Part shown: one piece after another, positions 1-8,586 of the stretch
How the letters are laid out: each line of letters starts with the position of its first letter
Position numbering within the stretch: the first letter of the stretch is position 1
DNA from: an uncultured Bacteroidales bacterium
GTDB lineage: Bacteria > Bacteroidota > Bacteroidia > Bacteroidales > Bacteroidaceae
Assembly (NCBI GenBank): GCA_937901185.1
Contig: CALCHR010000108.1
Coordinates: 1-58,976, forward strand
Direction of reading: 5' to 3'
DNA: 58,976 nucleotides
Notes under the pieces: model-generated
Told to the model about the DNA's origin: nothing
Seen by the model: only the letters and a program-made list of their open reading frames with translations
The model's database searches: none
Made by a program: the position numbers and the translations under genes

Positions 1-17
1 AGAATTTCCTATTATTT

Positions 18-1367
18 CTATCTCTTGTCTTCTGCGTTTATGACACGCCTAAATTCCAGGTAAAACTGAATTGCGGCAGAGAAAAGTCCGGCAGAAAATG
101 CCAGGAAAATACCATGTATGCCCCAACCTAAGGGAAAGCCTAACAGATAGCCTGTGGGTATGCCGATAATCACGTAGCTGATGAAGGCTATCTTCATCAT
201 GGACATCACGTGGGCTGTGCCGCGCAGGGCATTGGCATAGCAGATTTGCATGGCGTCGCCAAACTGGTAGAGCAGCAAGGGCACGATGAGCGAGAGCGAC
301 AGGGCAATCACCGCAGCGTCTGGCGTGAAAAATTCTACCAAGGGGAGTGCAAATAGATAAATGCCTACGGAAGAGATAAAGGCTATCAGCATGAGCAGGT
401 GGCTGCCGGCCTTTGCGGCCAGCTTCACTTGCCACCAGTCTTTCAAACCTACGAACGAGGCGATGCGGATGCTCATTCCGGCCCCAAAGCTGTAATAGAA
501 AAGAAAACCTAATGTGCCGATGGTTACAAGCACCTGGAAGGCGGCCAACTCGATAGCGCCTATCCAACCGGCCATGATGGCGCTAAAGGTAAACGAGCCC
601 GATTCCAGACCCATCTGTATGGAGATAGGAAAGGACTGCCGGTTGAGATGCAGTAGCTGCGCCTTCTTGATACGGCTTTGCATAAATCCGCGGCGGTAAG
701 GCGCATAGCTGCGGCGGCCTAACACAATGCCGGCTAAGAGTAGGAACATAAAGATGCGGGAAACCAGTGTGGCGACGCCGGCGCCAAAGAGTCCCCACTC
801 CGGAAAGGGACCGACGCCCCCAATCAGCAGCCAGTTGCCCAAGATGTTCAAGGCGTTACCGGCCAGCAAGCACCACATGCCGCTGGCGGTGTCGGTGGTG
901 CCGTCGGTAAACTGACGGAGCGTATTGAAGAGCATCACGAAGACCATGGAAAGGAGAATCACCAAATAGTAGGGCCTCACTAAGGGGAGGAGCTCTTCCG
1001 GTTGCCCCATCTTATGGACAAAGAAATAAAGGAGGGTCATGACGCTCAGCACGATAGCAGCGAAGATGCCGCCGGCTGCCATTCCGCTTTTTAAGATGCC
1101 GCCGGCTGCTTCTTTCTCGCCGCGGCCGCAGTGTGCACTGACTAAGGGCGTGAGTCCGTAAGAATAGCCCATCAGCAAGAAGGTGATGAGCGTGAAGAGG
1201 TTGTTTACAAAAGAGGCGGCCGCCAAGGCCTCCGTGTTGTATTGCCCCACCATCATGGTGTCAACAAATCCCAAGATGATGACACCCAACTGCCCGATGG
1301 CAATAGGTATTCCTAATTTTAGAGTGGCTTTGTAATGAGGGAGGAGCGTGCGGAACTTGGTTTTCAT
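18..1367 (-). CDS. MATE family efflux transporter (NorM-like)
   Basis: About 12 TM segments; MATE motifs 'FVDTMMVGQY...ALAAASF' and a repeated second half. Start moved to ATG at 1367 (MKTKF), just behind a TAnnTTTG promoter. Confidence 0.9.
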   Translation of the reverse strand: MKTKFRTLLPHYKATLKLGIPIAIGQLGVIILGFVDTMMVGQYNTEALAAASFVNNLFTLITFLLMGYSYGLTPLVSAHCGRGEKEAAGGILKSGMAAGGIFAAIVLSVMTLLYFFVHKMGQPEELLPLVRPYYLVILLSMVFVMLFNTLRQFTDGTTDTASGMWCLLAGNALNILGNWLLIGGVGPFPEWGLFGAGVATLVSRIFMFLLLAGIVLGRRSYAPYRRGFMQSRIKKAQLLHLNRQSFPISIQMGLESGSFTFSAIMAGWIGAIELAAFQVLVTIGTLGFLFYYSFGAGMSIRIASFVGLKDWWQVKLAAKAGSHLLMLIAFISSVGIYLFALPLVEFFTPDAAVIALSLSLIVPLLLYQFGDAMQICYANALRGTAHVMSMMKIAFISYVIIGIPTGYLLGFPLGWGIHGIFLAFSAGLFSAAIQFYLEFRRVINAEDKR

Positions 1368-1372
1368 AGGTG

Positions 1373-1380
1373 CAAAGGTA
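1373..1380 (-). promoter_or_regulatory. Bacteroidetes -7 promoter element (TACCTTTG) for the MATE gene
   Basis: Exact TAnnTTTG, 5 nt upstream of ATG 1367. Confidence 0.6.
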
Positions 1381-1442
1381 CCATTTTTTTTATTTGTGTT
1401 TTCTCTCCCGGTCAAATACTTGTTGCTCTCAGTGGCTTTCTG

Positions 1443-1450
1443 TATTTTTG
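1443..1450 (+). promoter_or_regulatory. -7 promoter element (TATTTTTG) for the BASS transporter
   Basis: Exact TAnnTTTG, 20 nt upstream of ATG 1471, in a divergent intergenic gap. Confidence 0.55.
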
Positions 1451-1470
1451 CATTAGATTTTCTTGGGAGA

Positions 1471-2466
1471 ATGGCACACCATCAATCTGCTCCTCTAAGT
1501 AAGTACGAGCGCCTGACTCGTTTCTGCCGCCACTGGTCTTTGCCCTTGTCAATGCTGGCTGGCGCTGCGGCCTATTTTCTTTATTCAGCCGTGCCCGACC
1601 ATGAATGTCTGGGCCCGCTTCTGCGCGCCGTCTTAGACGTAGTTCAGCCCTTGCTGATATTCTGTATGCTGTTCGTGGCTTTCTGTAAAGTGGAAATCTC
1701 CGCGCTGCGGCTTGAGCGTTGGCATGTACTGCTGTTGCTGGTGCAGTTCCTTGTATTTTCAGGTGCAGTGGTGGCTCTTTCCCAATGCAGTAATGATGCG
1801 TGGCGCATAGGGCTTGAGAGCTTGATGCTCTGCTTTATCTGTCCTACGGCCACAGCTGCAGCCGTGGTCACAGCTAAGTTGGGGGGTAATGCTGCTTCGC
1901 TGGTGAGCTACACGATAGCTTCCAATCTGCTGGCAGCAGTGGCAGTGCCTTTACTGCTCCCTTTGGCGCAGACACAAGGTGGTACCGATTTTCTGCCGGC
2001 ACTCATTTTAATCTTGTCAAGAGTGTTCCCCCTGCTGATATTCCCTTTGCTCGCTGCGGCTTTTGTGAGACGCTGTTTTCCCCGATTTCATCGATATATT
2101 TTGGGTAAAAGAGACTTGGCTTTCCGCATCTGGATTTTTGCTTTGGCCCTTGCCATAGCCTTGAGTACGAAAGCCTTGGTAAACACCCGCGCCGGTGTGG
2201 ATTTTGTTTTGTTGATAGCCGGGGTATCTCTGCTTTCCTGCTTGCTGCAATTTCTTATAGGAAGGCTGGTAGGAGTGAGCTACGGAGAACCCATATCTGC
2301 CGCCCAGGCGCTGGGGCAGAAGAATACGGTCTTTGCCATTTGGTTGGCCTACACGTTCCTTTCTCCGGTGACAGCTTTAGCCGGCGGCTTCTACAGCGTG
2401 TGGCACAATGTAGTCAACAGTTGGCAGTTGCGGCGAGCAATGAAGGCTGAAAACTCCGATGAATAG
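1471..2466 (+). CDS. Bile acid:sodium symporter (BASS) family transporter
   Basis: Hydrophobic protein with 'CPTATAAAVVTAKLGGN' and 'QALGQKNT' motifs. Start moved to ATG 1471. Confidence 0.8.
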   Translation: MAHHQSAPLSKYERLTRFCRHWSLPLSMLAGAAAYFLYSAVPDHECLGPLLRAVLDVVQPLLIFCMLFVAFCKVEISALRLERWHVLLLLVQFLVFSGAVVALSQCSNDAWRIGLESLMLCFICPTATAAAVVTAKLGGNAASLVSYTIASNLLAAVAVPLLLPLAQTQGGTDFLPALILILSRVFPLLIFPLLAAAFVRRCFPRFHRYILGKRDLAFRIWIFALALAIALSTKALVNTRAGVDFVLLIAGVSLLSCLLQFLIGRLVGVSYGEPISAAQALGQKNTVFAIWLAYTFLSPVTALAGGFYSVWHNVVNSWQLRRAMKAENSDE

Positions 2467-2501
2467 GCCTATTTTTGTTTCTGAAGATAGGTGTAGAAAA
2501 A

Positions 2502-2533
2502 AGGCGGCTCACAGTAATTTCTGCGAGCCGCCT
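2502..2533. terminator. Bidirectional intrinsic terminator between BASS and radA
   Basis: AGGCGGCTCACAG-taattt-CTGCGAGCCGCCT with A/T tracts on both sides. The stem resembles the GGAGGCTCGCAG hairpins at 5926 and 12278. Confidence 0.7.
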
Positions 2534-2553
2534 ATATTTTATAGTGCCATTCT

Positions 2554-3948
2554 CTATCCGAAGAGTTCGCGGAGTGCTTCTTCTACGCGACCTACGGGAA
2601 CGAGTCTGATGTTTGTCTTTTGTGTGTCCAGACCTTTGGCGTTAGCCTCGGGTAGGATGAAGCGCTTGAAACCCAGTTTCTCGGCTTCGGCAATGCGTTG
2701 TGCGATGCGGGTGACGGGGCGGATTTCTCCGCTTAAGCCCACTTCGCCCGCCATGCAAACGTCGCGTTCGATGGGTGTATCTACGTTGCTCGACAACACG
2801 GCTGCTATGACGCTGAGGTCAATGGCCGGGTCGGTCACGCGAATGCCTCCGGCTATGTTCAGAAAGACGTCTTTCTGTGCCAACTTGAAGCCCACGCGCT
2901 TTTCAAGTACGGCAAGCAGCATGTTGAGGCGCCGCAGGTCGAAACCGGTGGCGGAGCGCTGCGGAGTGCCATAAGCGGCGGTTGAGACCAAGGCTTGTGT
3001 TTCTATCAAGAAGGGGCGCACGCCTTCGATGGCTGCGGCGATGGCCACTCCGCTCAGTTCTTCGTCGCCTTGTGTGAGCAGTAGCTCCGAGGGATTGTCT
3101 ACGGGGCGCAGGCCGTTGGCGCGCATTTCGTAGATGCCCAGTTCGGAGGTGGAGCCAAAGCGGTTTTTGATGCTGCGCAAGATGCGGTAGAAGTAGTGGC
3201 GGTCGCCTTCAAACTGCAGAACGGTGTCTACAATGTGTTCCAACACTTTGGGGCCGGCAATGCTTCCTTCTTTGGTGATGTGGCCTATGAGCACTACGGG
3301 CACGCCGCTTTCTTTTGCGTACTTCAGCAGTGCCGTGGCCGACTCGCGTATTTGGCTCACGCTGCCGGGTGATGATTCCACGCCCTCCACAGACATGGTT
3401 TGTATGGAGTCAACCACAAGCAGTTCGGGCTTTACGTTTTTGATGTGGGTAAAGATTTGTTCGATGCGTGTTTCGCAAAGGAGCAGCGTCCCGTCAGAAG
3501 TTCTTCCGGCAGTTTGCAGTCGGTCGGCCCGGAGCTTGATTTGTCGCTCGCTCTCTTCACCGCTCACGTAGAGGATGCGTCGCTCGCTCATGCCCAGAAT
3601 GGTCTGAAGGAGCAAGGTGGACTTTCCGATGCCCGGTTCGCCTCCCAGGAGAATGAGCGAGCCGGGTACGATACCTCCGCCCAATACGCGGTTCAGCTCG
3701 GCGTCGTGTGTGTCATAGCGCGGAGCTTCTTCGGCAGTCACTTCGTTCAGGCGGATGGGGCGTGCCTCTCTTTGATTGAGGTCGGCAATGGCCTGTCGTG
3801 CGCGCTCAACTGCTGCTGTGGGCGCTGAACTTCTGATAGTCATTTCCTTATAGGTGTTCCATTGCCCGCAAGCCGGACAGCGACCCACCCATTTGGCGGC
3901 TTCCTGTCCGCAGTTGGAGCAGACGTAGACGGTCTTTTCTTTTCCCAA
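2554..3948 (-). CDS. radA: DNA repair protein RadA/Sms
   Basis: N-terminal CxxC..CxxC zinc finger, Walker A GEPGIGKST, KNRFG motif, Lon-like C-terminus. TTG start. Confidence 0.97.
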   Translation of the reverse strand: MGKEKTVYVCSNCGQEAAKWVGRCPACGQWNTYKEMTIRSSAPTAAVERARQAIADLNQREARPIRLNEVTAEEAPRYDTHDAELNRVLGGGIVPGSLILLGGEPGIGKSTLLLQTILGMSERRILYVSGEESERQIKLRADRLQTAGRTSDGTLLLCETRIEQIFTHIKNVKPELLVVDSIQTMSVEGVESSPGSVSQIRESATALLKYAKESGVPVVLIGHITKEGSIAGPKVLEHIVDTVLQFEGDRHYFYRILRSIKNRFGSTSELGIYEMRANGLRPVDNPSELLLTQGDEELSGVAIAAAIEGVRPFLIETQALVSTAAYGTPQRSATGFDLRRLNMLLAVLEKRVGFKLAQKDVFLNIAGGIRVTDPAIDLSVIAAVLSSNVDTPIERDVCMAGEVGLSGEIRPVTRIAQRIAEAEKLGFKRFILPEANAKGLDTQKTNIRLVPVGRVEEALRELFG

Positions 3949-3978
3949 AGTGATAAGATTTATGTGTATTAGCGTGGG

Positions 3979-4326
3979 CTAATCCAGGTCGTTCAATTCT
4001 TTTCTGATGGCCAGCAACTCTTCTTTGATGTGTTGCAGGTGGTTCATTACTTCCATAGTGTTCAGAGCACCCTCCTTGTTCTTTTTTAGGGTCTCGCGAG
4101 CAGCCGCAATTTTGAAGCCGCGCACTTTTACCAGGTTGTAGATGAGGCGTATTTCCTCAATGTCTTCCTTGGTGTATTGGCGGATGTTACGTCCTATTTT
4201 CTTGGGATTGATTTGTGGAAATTCTTTTTCCCAGAAGCGGAGCAACGTCTCGTTGACGTTGAAGATGGCGGCTACTTCTCCGATGGAGTAGTACATTTTC
4301 AGGTCTTTGTTAGGGTTGAGTGGCAT
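3979..4326 (-). CDS. MerR family HTH transcriptional regulator
   Basis: 'YYSIGEVA...LLRFWEKEFP...RQYT' MerR HTH. Short, no obvious effector domain. Confidence 0.9.
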   Translation of the reverse strand: MPLNPNKDLKMYYSIGEVAAIFNVNETLLRFWEKEFPQINPKKIGRNIRQYTKEDIEEIRLIYNLVKVRGFKIAAARETLKKNKEGALNTMEVMNHLQHIKEELLAIRKELNDLD

Positions 4327-4435
4327 TGCGGTGGGAGTTTGAAGAAGTTTGTAGCGTGCTGTGTCGGCGTGCAGACAACTTGTTTTTTCTCCTTCGATGA
4401 GGAGGTTTGGCTGTCTGCGTGGAATATTTCCGTAG

Positions 4436-4443
4436 CAAATTTA
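4436..4443 (-). promoter_or_regulatory. -7 promoter element (TAAATTTG) for merR-radA
   Basis: Exact TAnnTTTG on the minus strand, about 110 nt upstream of merR. Confidence 0.5.
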
Positions 4444-4582
4444 CAAATTTATTGTGGATGGCCTTACAATCTTCCAAGAAATCGTATCGTGATGCTCTTA
4501 GCTTTTTGCTGTGAAGAATAAAATTCTTGGTTAATAATAAATAAAGATTTGTGTGCGAGGGTAGTTTCTCAAAAAGAATGAC

Positions 4583-4590
4583 TATTTTTG
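4583..4590 (+). promoter_or_regulatory. -7 promoter element (TATTTTTG)
   Basis: Exact TAnnTTTG, 36 nt upstream of ATG 4627. Confidence 0.55.
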
Positions 4591-4626
4591 TCCGCAAGAA
4601 TATGTATAAATATAATAATTATCTCT

Positions 4627-5859
4627 ATGAAAAAAATCTACCTTAACATGATGCTCTGCCTCTCGGTGGCTTTCTTTGCAGCTTGTAGTAGCGATACAGA
4701 AGAACTGATGGGCGGTTCGGAGATTGGCTCCGATGTACCAGAATTGCAGCTCAAGCAGTATTTTGCAGTGCCCGATGATGCTAAAAAACTCGACGGCACG
4801 CCCAATGAAAATCTCAAGGAACTTTTTAAGGCTGCCGGCTCGGAAGTGATGATGACCTTGGGCATGATTGAAATCACCGATGAACAGTATGCAGAAATCA
4901 AGGAGTTCACAGACTCTCTGGTGAAGCGCCAGGCTACAGCTACAAAGAAGTATGAAAAAATCTTCAACTGGGTAGCTACCAATGTGAAGTACTCTCATGC
5001 AGACAACACAGCCTATGCCGTGTTCAAGAACTTGAAAGGTGTGTGCCAAGGTTATTCTAACTTGCTCACTGTGATGTGTCACACCCAAGGCATTCCCGCC
5101 ACCATTGTCAATGGTATGCTCACCACCATTGGTGGCCACGCTTGGGTTTATGTGAAGGCCGGAAGCCAATGGATTGTCAGCGACCCCACCAACAATGCCG
5201 GCTATGCCATGGATAAGACTGCTCCTTATGCTCACCTCATTCCCTTCCAGGCTGATGCTGACCTTTTTGAAGATGACAATAACATCTACCACTTCTATGG
5301 TCGCTGCCTAAATGTACGCGAGGTGAAGCATGCCGAGGGTAACATCTACACAGTGCCTTATAGCGTTGCCGGTTTCGTGGTTGGCTCTTTCAATCCTACA
5401 TCGCCGCTGCCTAGCAACATCACTGAGATCTACATCGGACAGAACATTGAATCGCTGGGCGAGAACCCTATTGGATTGATAGAAATGGGACAGCATGTAG
5501 AAGCAGCCCACGTGGACGAGGCTAACCCCGTGCTGATGAGTCACAAGGGCGTGGTTTATCTGCGCAGAGCCGGTAATCCGCAGATTCACTTCATTCCTTC
5601 GGCTATGAAGTCTGTTGAGTTAATGAAGATGGACGTGGTCTATAAGAACACCCTCTACAACCTCAAGCAGGTAGAGGAAATTATCTTTCCCGAAGGTACT
5701 AAGCGCTTGGAAGACTATGCGATAGAAAACTGCCCGCGCTTGAAGAGAGTGTATGTACCTACAGACTGCGAGGTGGCAAACAATGCTTTGTATAACGTAC
5801 CGAGCAATGTGGAAATTATCCGCGGTTTGCCCAGCGGCATCGTACACGTGCGCATGTAA
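4627..5859 (+). CDS. Lipoprotein with a transglutaminase-like domain and BspA-type leucine-rich repeats
   Basis: Lipobox FFAAC; Cys-His-Asp motifs GVCQGYS, GHAWV, SDPT; C-terminal 'IIFPEGTKRLEDYAIENCPRLKRVYVP' LRR_5-like repeats. Start moved to ATG 4627. Confidence 0.8.
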   Translation: MKKIYLNMMLCLSVAFFAACSSDTEELMGGSEIGSDVPELQLKQYFAVPDDAKKLDGTPNENLKELFKAAGSEVMMTLGMIEITDEQYAEIKEFTDSLVKRQATATKKYEKIFNWVATNVKYSHADNTAYAVFKNLKGVCQGYSNLLTVMCHTQGIPATIVNGMLTTIGGHAWVYVKAGSQWIVSDPTNNAGYAMDKTAPYAHLIPFQADADLFEDDNNIYHFYGRCLNVREVKHAEGNIYTVPYSVAGFVVGSFNPTSPLPSNITEIYIGQNIESLGENPIGLIEMGQHVEAAHVDEANPVLMSHKGVVYLRRAGNPQIHFIPSAMKSVELMKMDVVYKNTLYNLKQVEEIIFPEGTKRLEDYAIENCPRLKRVYVPTDCEVANNALYNVPSNVEIIRGLPSGIVHVRM

Positions 5860-5925
5860 TAAGAGAATGCCGACTGCCGTTTTGGCAGTTTTTTGATAGT
5901 GGTCTTGAAGGACTATAAAAGCTTT

Positions 5926-5955
5926 GGAGGCTCGCAGTTTTTCTTGCGAGCCTCC
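5926..5955 (+). terminator. Intrinsic terminator / REP-like hairpin
   Basis: GGAGGCTCGCAG-tttttc-TTGCGAGCCTCC followed by a T tract. Confidence 0.65.
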
Positions 5956-6045
5956 TGTTTTTTCTTAGTAGTTACTTAGGCGTTCTTAGTAGTTACCAAA
6001 ATTTTCCTAGTAGTTACCTAGTTTTTCTTAGTAGTTACCGAAGAA
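5941..6045 (+). repeat. Family A 21-nt-period array
   Basis: TTCYTAGTAGTTAC at 5962, 5983, 6004 and 6025, plus in-register variant TTCTTGCGAGCCTC at 5941. Ends in CGAAGAA. Confidence 0.9.
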
Positions 6046-6177
6046 ACACCCCCTCAAAAGCCCGATGAAAAGGGCTTTTTTTTGTTTCTTCCGGAACTAT
6101 GGTACGCGGAATTTTTGCGACTACTGCCAAAACCTGACACACTGCCAAGATGGCAGAGAGGCTAAAGGAAAAATAAT

Positions 6178-6208
6178 AGCCGGTCAAGAGAATTTCTCCT
6201 GACCGGCT
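6178..6208 (-). terminator. Intrinsic terminator of the zinc metallopeptidase gene
   Basis: AGCCGGTCAAGAG-aattt-CTCCTGACCGGCT, followed by a U-rich tract on the minus strand. Confidence 0.7.
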
Positions 6209-6244
6209 GTCGGTGGTTGATGTCCTAACTGTTTTTCTCAGAGC

Positions 6245-6928
6245 CTACTCATCGCTCGTGCCGCGTGCGTATACCATTGCGTAATAAATCAGCGTGGCCA
6301 GCGAACCAAGGGCTGCTGCCACGTAGGTGTAGGCAGCGGCGTGCAAGGCGTCTGTGGCCATGCGGTGGTCAGTGGGGCTGGTGATTCCGGCACGCTCTAA
6401 CCACGCCGTAGCGCGGCGGCTGGCGTCTACTTCAACGGGGAGGGTAACGAAACTAAATACGGTGGTTGTGGCGAAGAGGATGATGCCTATCAGCATCAAC
6501 TGCGGAAACACGTTGAGCATAAGCATGCCGCCGAGCAACAGCCAGGGCATCCAGTTGGAGGCGAAAGAAACGATGGGCACAAGCGAAGAACGCATCTTCA
6601 GCGGGCCGTAGGCCACGGCATGCTGTACGGCGTGTCCACATTCGTGGGCTGCTACGGCGGCAGCAGCTACAGAGCGGCTGTTGTAGACGCCGTCGCTCAA
6701 GTTGACGGTCTTGTCCATGGGGTTGTAGTGGTCCGTGAGTTGTCCGGGAGTAGAGATGACGCGCACATCGTAGATGCCGTTGTCGCGCAGCATTTTCTCG
6801 GCCACTTCACGGCCGCTGAGACCGCTGCCAAGGGGTTGTTTTGAATATTTCTTAAACTTACTTTGCAAGTTGGCTTGCACCAGGTAGCTTATCAAGGCGA
6901 TGCCACCAAAAAGAATCCAATAGGTCAT
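6245..6928 (-). CDS. Membrane neutral zinc metallopeptidase (YugP / Zn_peptidase_2 family)
   Basis: 'LTDHYNP', HExxH in 'AAHECGHAVQH', 'TLPVEVDAS', 'AAAYTYV'. Confidence 0.9.
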   Translation of the reverse strand: MTYWILFGGIALISYLVQANLQSKFKKYSKQPLGSGLSGREVAEKMLRDNGIYDVRVISTPGQLTDHYNPMDKTVNLSDGVYNSRSVAAAAVAAHECGHAVQHAVAYGPLKMRSSLVPIVSFASNWMPWLLLGGMLMLNVFPQLMLIGIILFATTTVFSFVTLPVEVDASRRATAWLERAGITSPTDHRMATDALHAAAYTYVAAALGSLATLIYYAMVYARGTSDE

Positions 6929-6996
6929 TTTCTATAAATGTGTTAGATATGAATACTTCAGTACAGGTTTTTTCTATGGCTTATATAAGTAATAAG

Positions 6997-7011
6997 GCAA
7001 TAGGTGTGCCA
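6997..7011 (-). promoter_or_regulatory. Putative sigma-54 (-24/-12) promoter
   Basis: Minus strand TGGCAC-ACCTA-TTGC with exact GG-N10-GC spacing, about 70 nt upstream of the peptidase ATG. Confidence 0.55.
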
Positions 7012-7051
7012 AAATGTGGACGAAGAGCAGTCTACGCAGAGATTTTTTCCA

Positions 7052-8497
7052 TTATTTTTTGTTACGGCGCAGCAGGTAGTCCAAGCATTCTTCGAGGATG
7101 ACGGCCTTGCATAGTTTCATCAAACCGATATAGAGCACAGCGGCTACCACTATCTTCAGCAGCAGCACCAAGACGATATTCTCCACCCAGCCGGCCACCC
7201 ACCAGGCGCCGCCCATGGCGAGGGTTGCGATGAGGACAAAGGGCGCCACGTCGGTCAGGGCGCGGAAAAAGGAAACGCCTATCAGACGATTGGTAAAGGT
7301 GTGCCATACGGGGAGCCATAGCAAATTTAGCACCACATAGGCCACGACCATCGTACGGATGCCGTAGGGGTAGAGCACATAGAGCAACAGCATCTGCACA
7401 AGGCAAAGGCCGATGGTGTTGTACATATAGATGTTGCTCTTCCCTTGGCTGACCAGGAAGTTGGCGTAGAGCGAGGTGATGGGAACGAAGGCGCCGCCGA
7501 TGCAAAGTATCTGCATCAACAGGGCGCTGGGTAGCCACTTCTCGGTAATGGTTATGGTGATAAACTCAGGGGCTATCAGCGCCAAACCAAACATGCAGGG
7601 GCAGGCCAGAAAGGCTGTGAAGCGCAACATCTTTCGGAAGGCTCGCTGCATCTGCTGGCGGTCGTCGGCTATGCGGGCGAAGACAGGCTGGGTGACGTTC
7701 CACACCATGCCGGTCAATGTGCTGTAGCCGATGCCGGTCCACTTGTTAGCCTGGTTGTAGTAGCCCAATGCACGGTCGCCATACCAGCGTCCGAGGAAGA
7801 TGGAGAAGAGGTTGTTGTTGATGTGCATGAAGATGTTGGTGAGGAGCAACTTCACGCTGAAGCCTATCATGCTGCGCAAGGGACTGAAGTCTATTTTCCA
7901 AGAAGGACGCCAGCCGGAGTAGTACCAACTGAGCACGGTTAGCAGCAAACAGAAGGTGAGGTTCTGAATAGCAATTCCCCAATAGGCAAAGCCCTGCCAT
8001 GCTAAGAAAATACCCACTACTCCCGAAACGGTGAGGGCGATGAGCGTCATGTAGGCCGTCTCTTTCACCTTCAAGTGGCGGAAGAGATAAGCTCTTGGAG
8101 TGGTTCCGAAGCAAGAAAAGACAAAACTCAGAAACGAAAGGCGCGCCAGCGGTACAAGTACAGGCTGGTGAAACCAGGCAGCTATGAGGGGCGCGCAGAA
8201 AAAGAGTACGACATAGGCAGAGAGGCCCATGAATACGTTGAACCAAAAGACGGCGTTGTAGTCGGCCTGGCTGATGTCTTGCTTGCGGTTGAGGGCTGAG
8301 ATGAAACCGCTCTCTTGCAAGGCGGTGGCTATCAAAGAAAAAATGGCCAGCATACCCACCAGCCCGTAGTCGGACGGGGAGAGCAGACGAGCCAGAAAAA
8401 TGCCGAAGATAAGGTTGAGCAACTGCTGTCCGCCGTTGCTGATGCCGCCCCAAAAGAGGCCTTTGCTTGTCTTGTCCTTTAGATTTTGTTCAGCCAT
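7052..8497 (-). CDS. Wzx/WzxC-type oligosaccharide flippase (lipopolysaccharide biosynthesis protein)
   Basis: 'IFLARLLSPSDYGLVGM', 'G+YNQA' and 'EKWLPS' motifs; 12-14 TM segments. Confidence 0.88.
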   Translation of the reverse strand: MAEQNLKDKTSKGLFWGGISNGGQQLLNLIFGIFLARLLSPSDYGLVGMLAIFSLIATALQESGFISALNRKQDISQADYNAVFWFNVFMGLSAYVVLFFCAPLIAAWFHQPVLVPLARLSFLSFVFSCFGTTPRAYLFRHLKVKETAYMTLIALTVSGVVGIFLAWQGFAYWGIAIQNLTFCLLLTVLSWYYSGWRPSWKIDFSPLRSMIGFSVKLLLTNIFMHINNNLFSIFLGRWYGDRALGYYNQANKWTGIGYSTLTGMVWNVTQPVFARIADDRQQMQRAFRKMLRFTAFLACPCMFGLALIAPEFITITITEKWLPSALLMQILCIGGAFVPITSLYANFLVSQGKSNIYMYNTIGLCLVQMLLLYVLYPYGIRTMVVAYVVLNLLWLPVWHTFTNRLIGVSFFRALTDVAPFVLIATLAMGGAWWVAGWVENIVLVLLLKIVVAAVLYIGLMKLCKAVILEECLDYLLRRNKK

Positions 8498-8512
8498 CAG
8501 TAGAGAAAAAAG

Positions 8513-8559
8513 TTTGCGAACCCAAGGCTCTACAGAGTAGCAAAGCTTGGATTCGCAAA
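8513..8559 (-). terminator. Hairpin between the AspT/YidE transporter and the flippase
   Basis: TTTGCGAACCCAAG...CTTGGATTCGCAAA with a long loop, followed by U tract on the minus strand. Confidence 0.45.
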
Positions 8560-8586
8560 TAAGGGATTTCTATAAGGTAATACGCA

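Noticed and set aside
5941..6045. 21/22-nt arrays as a CRISPR or TIGR-type guide array
   Set aside because: Variable parts are only 5-9 nt and recur between units, arrays have 4-5 units, the period fits neither system, and no cas or Nop-domain gene is in the window.
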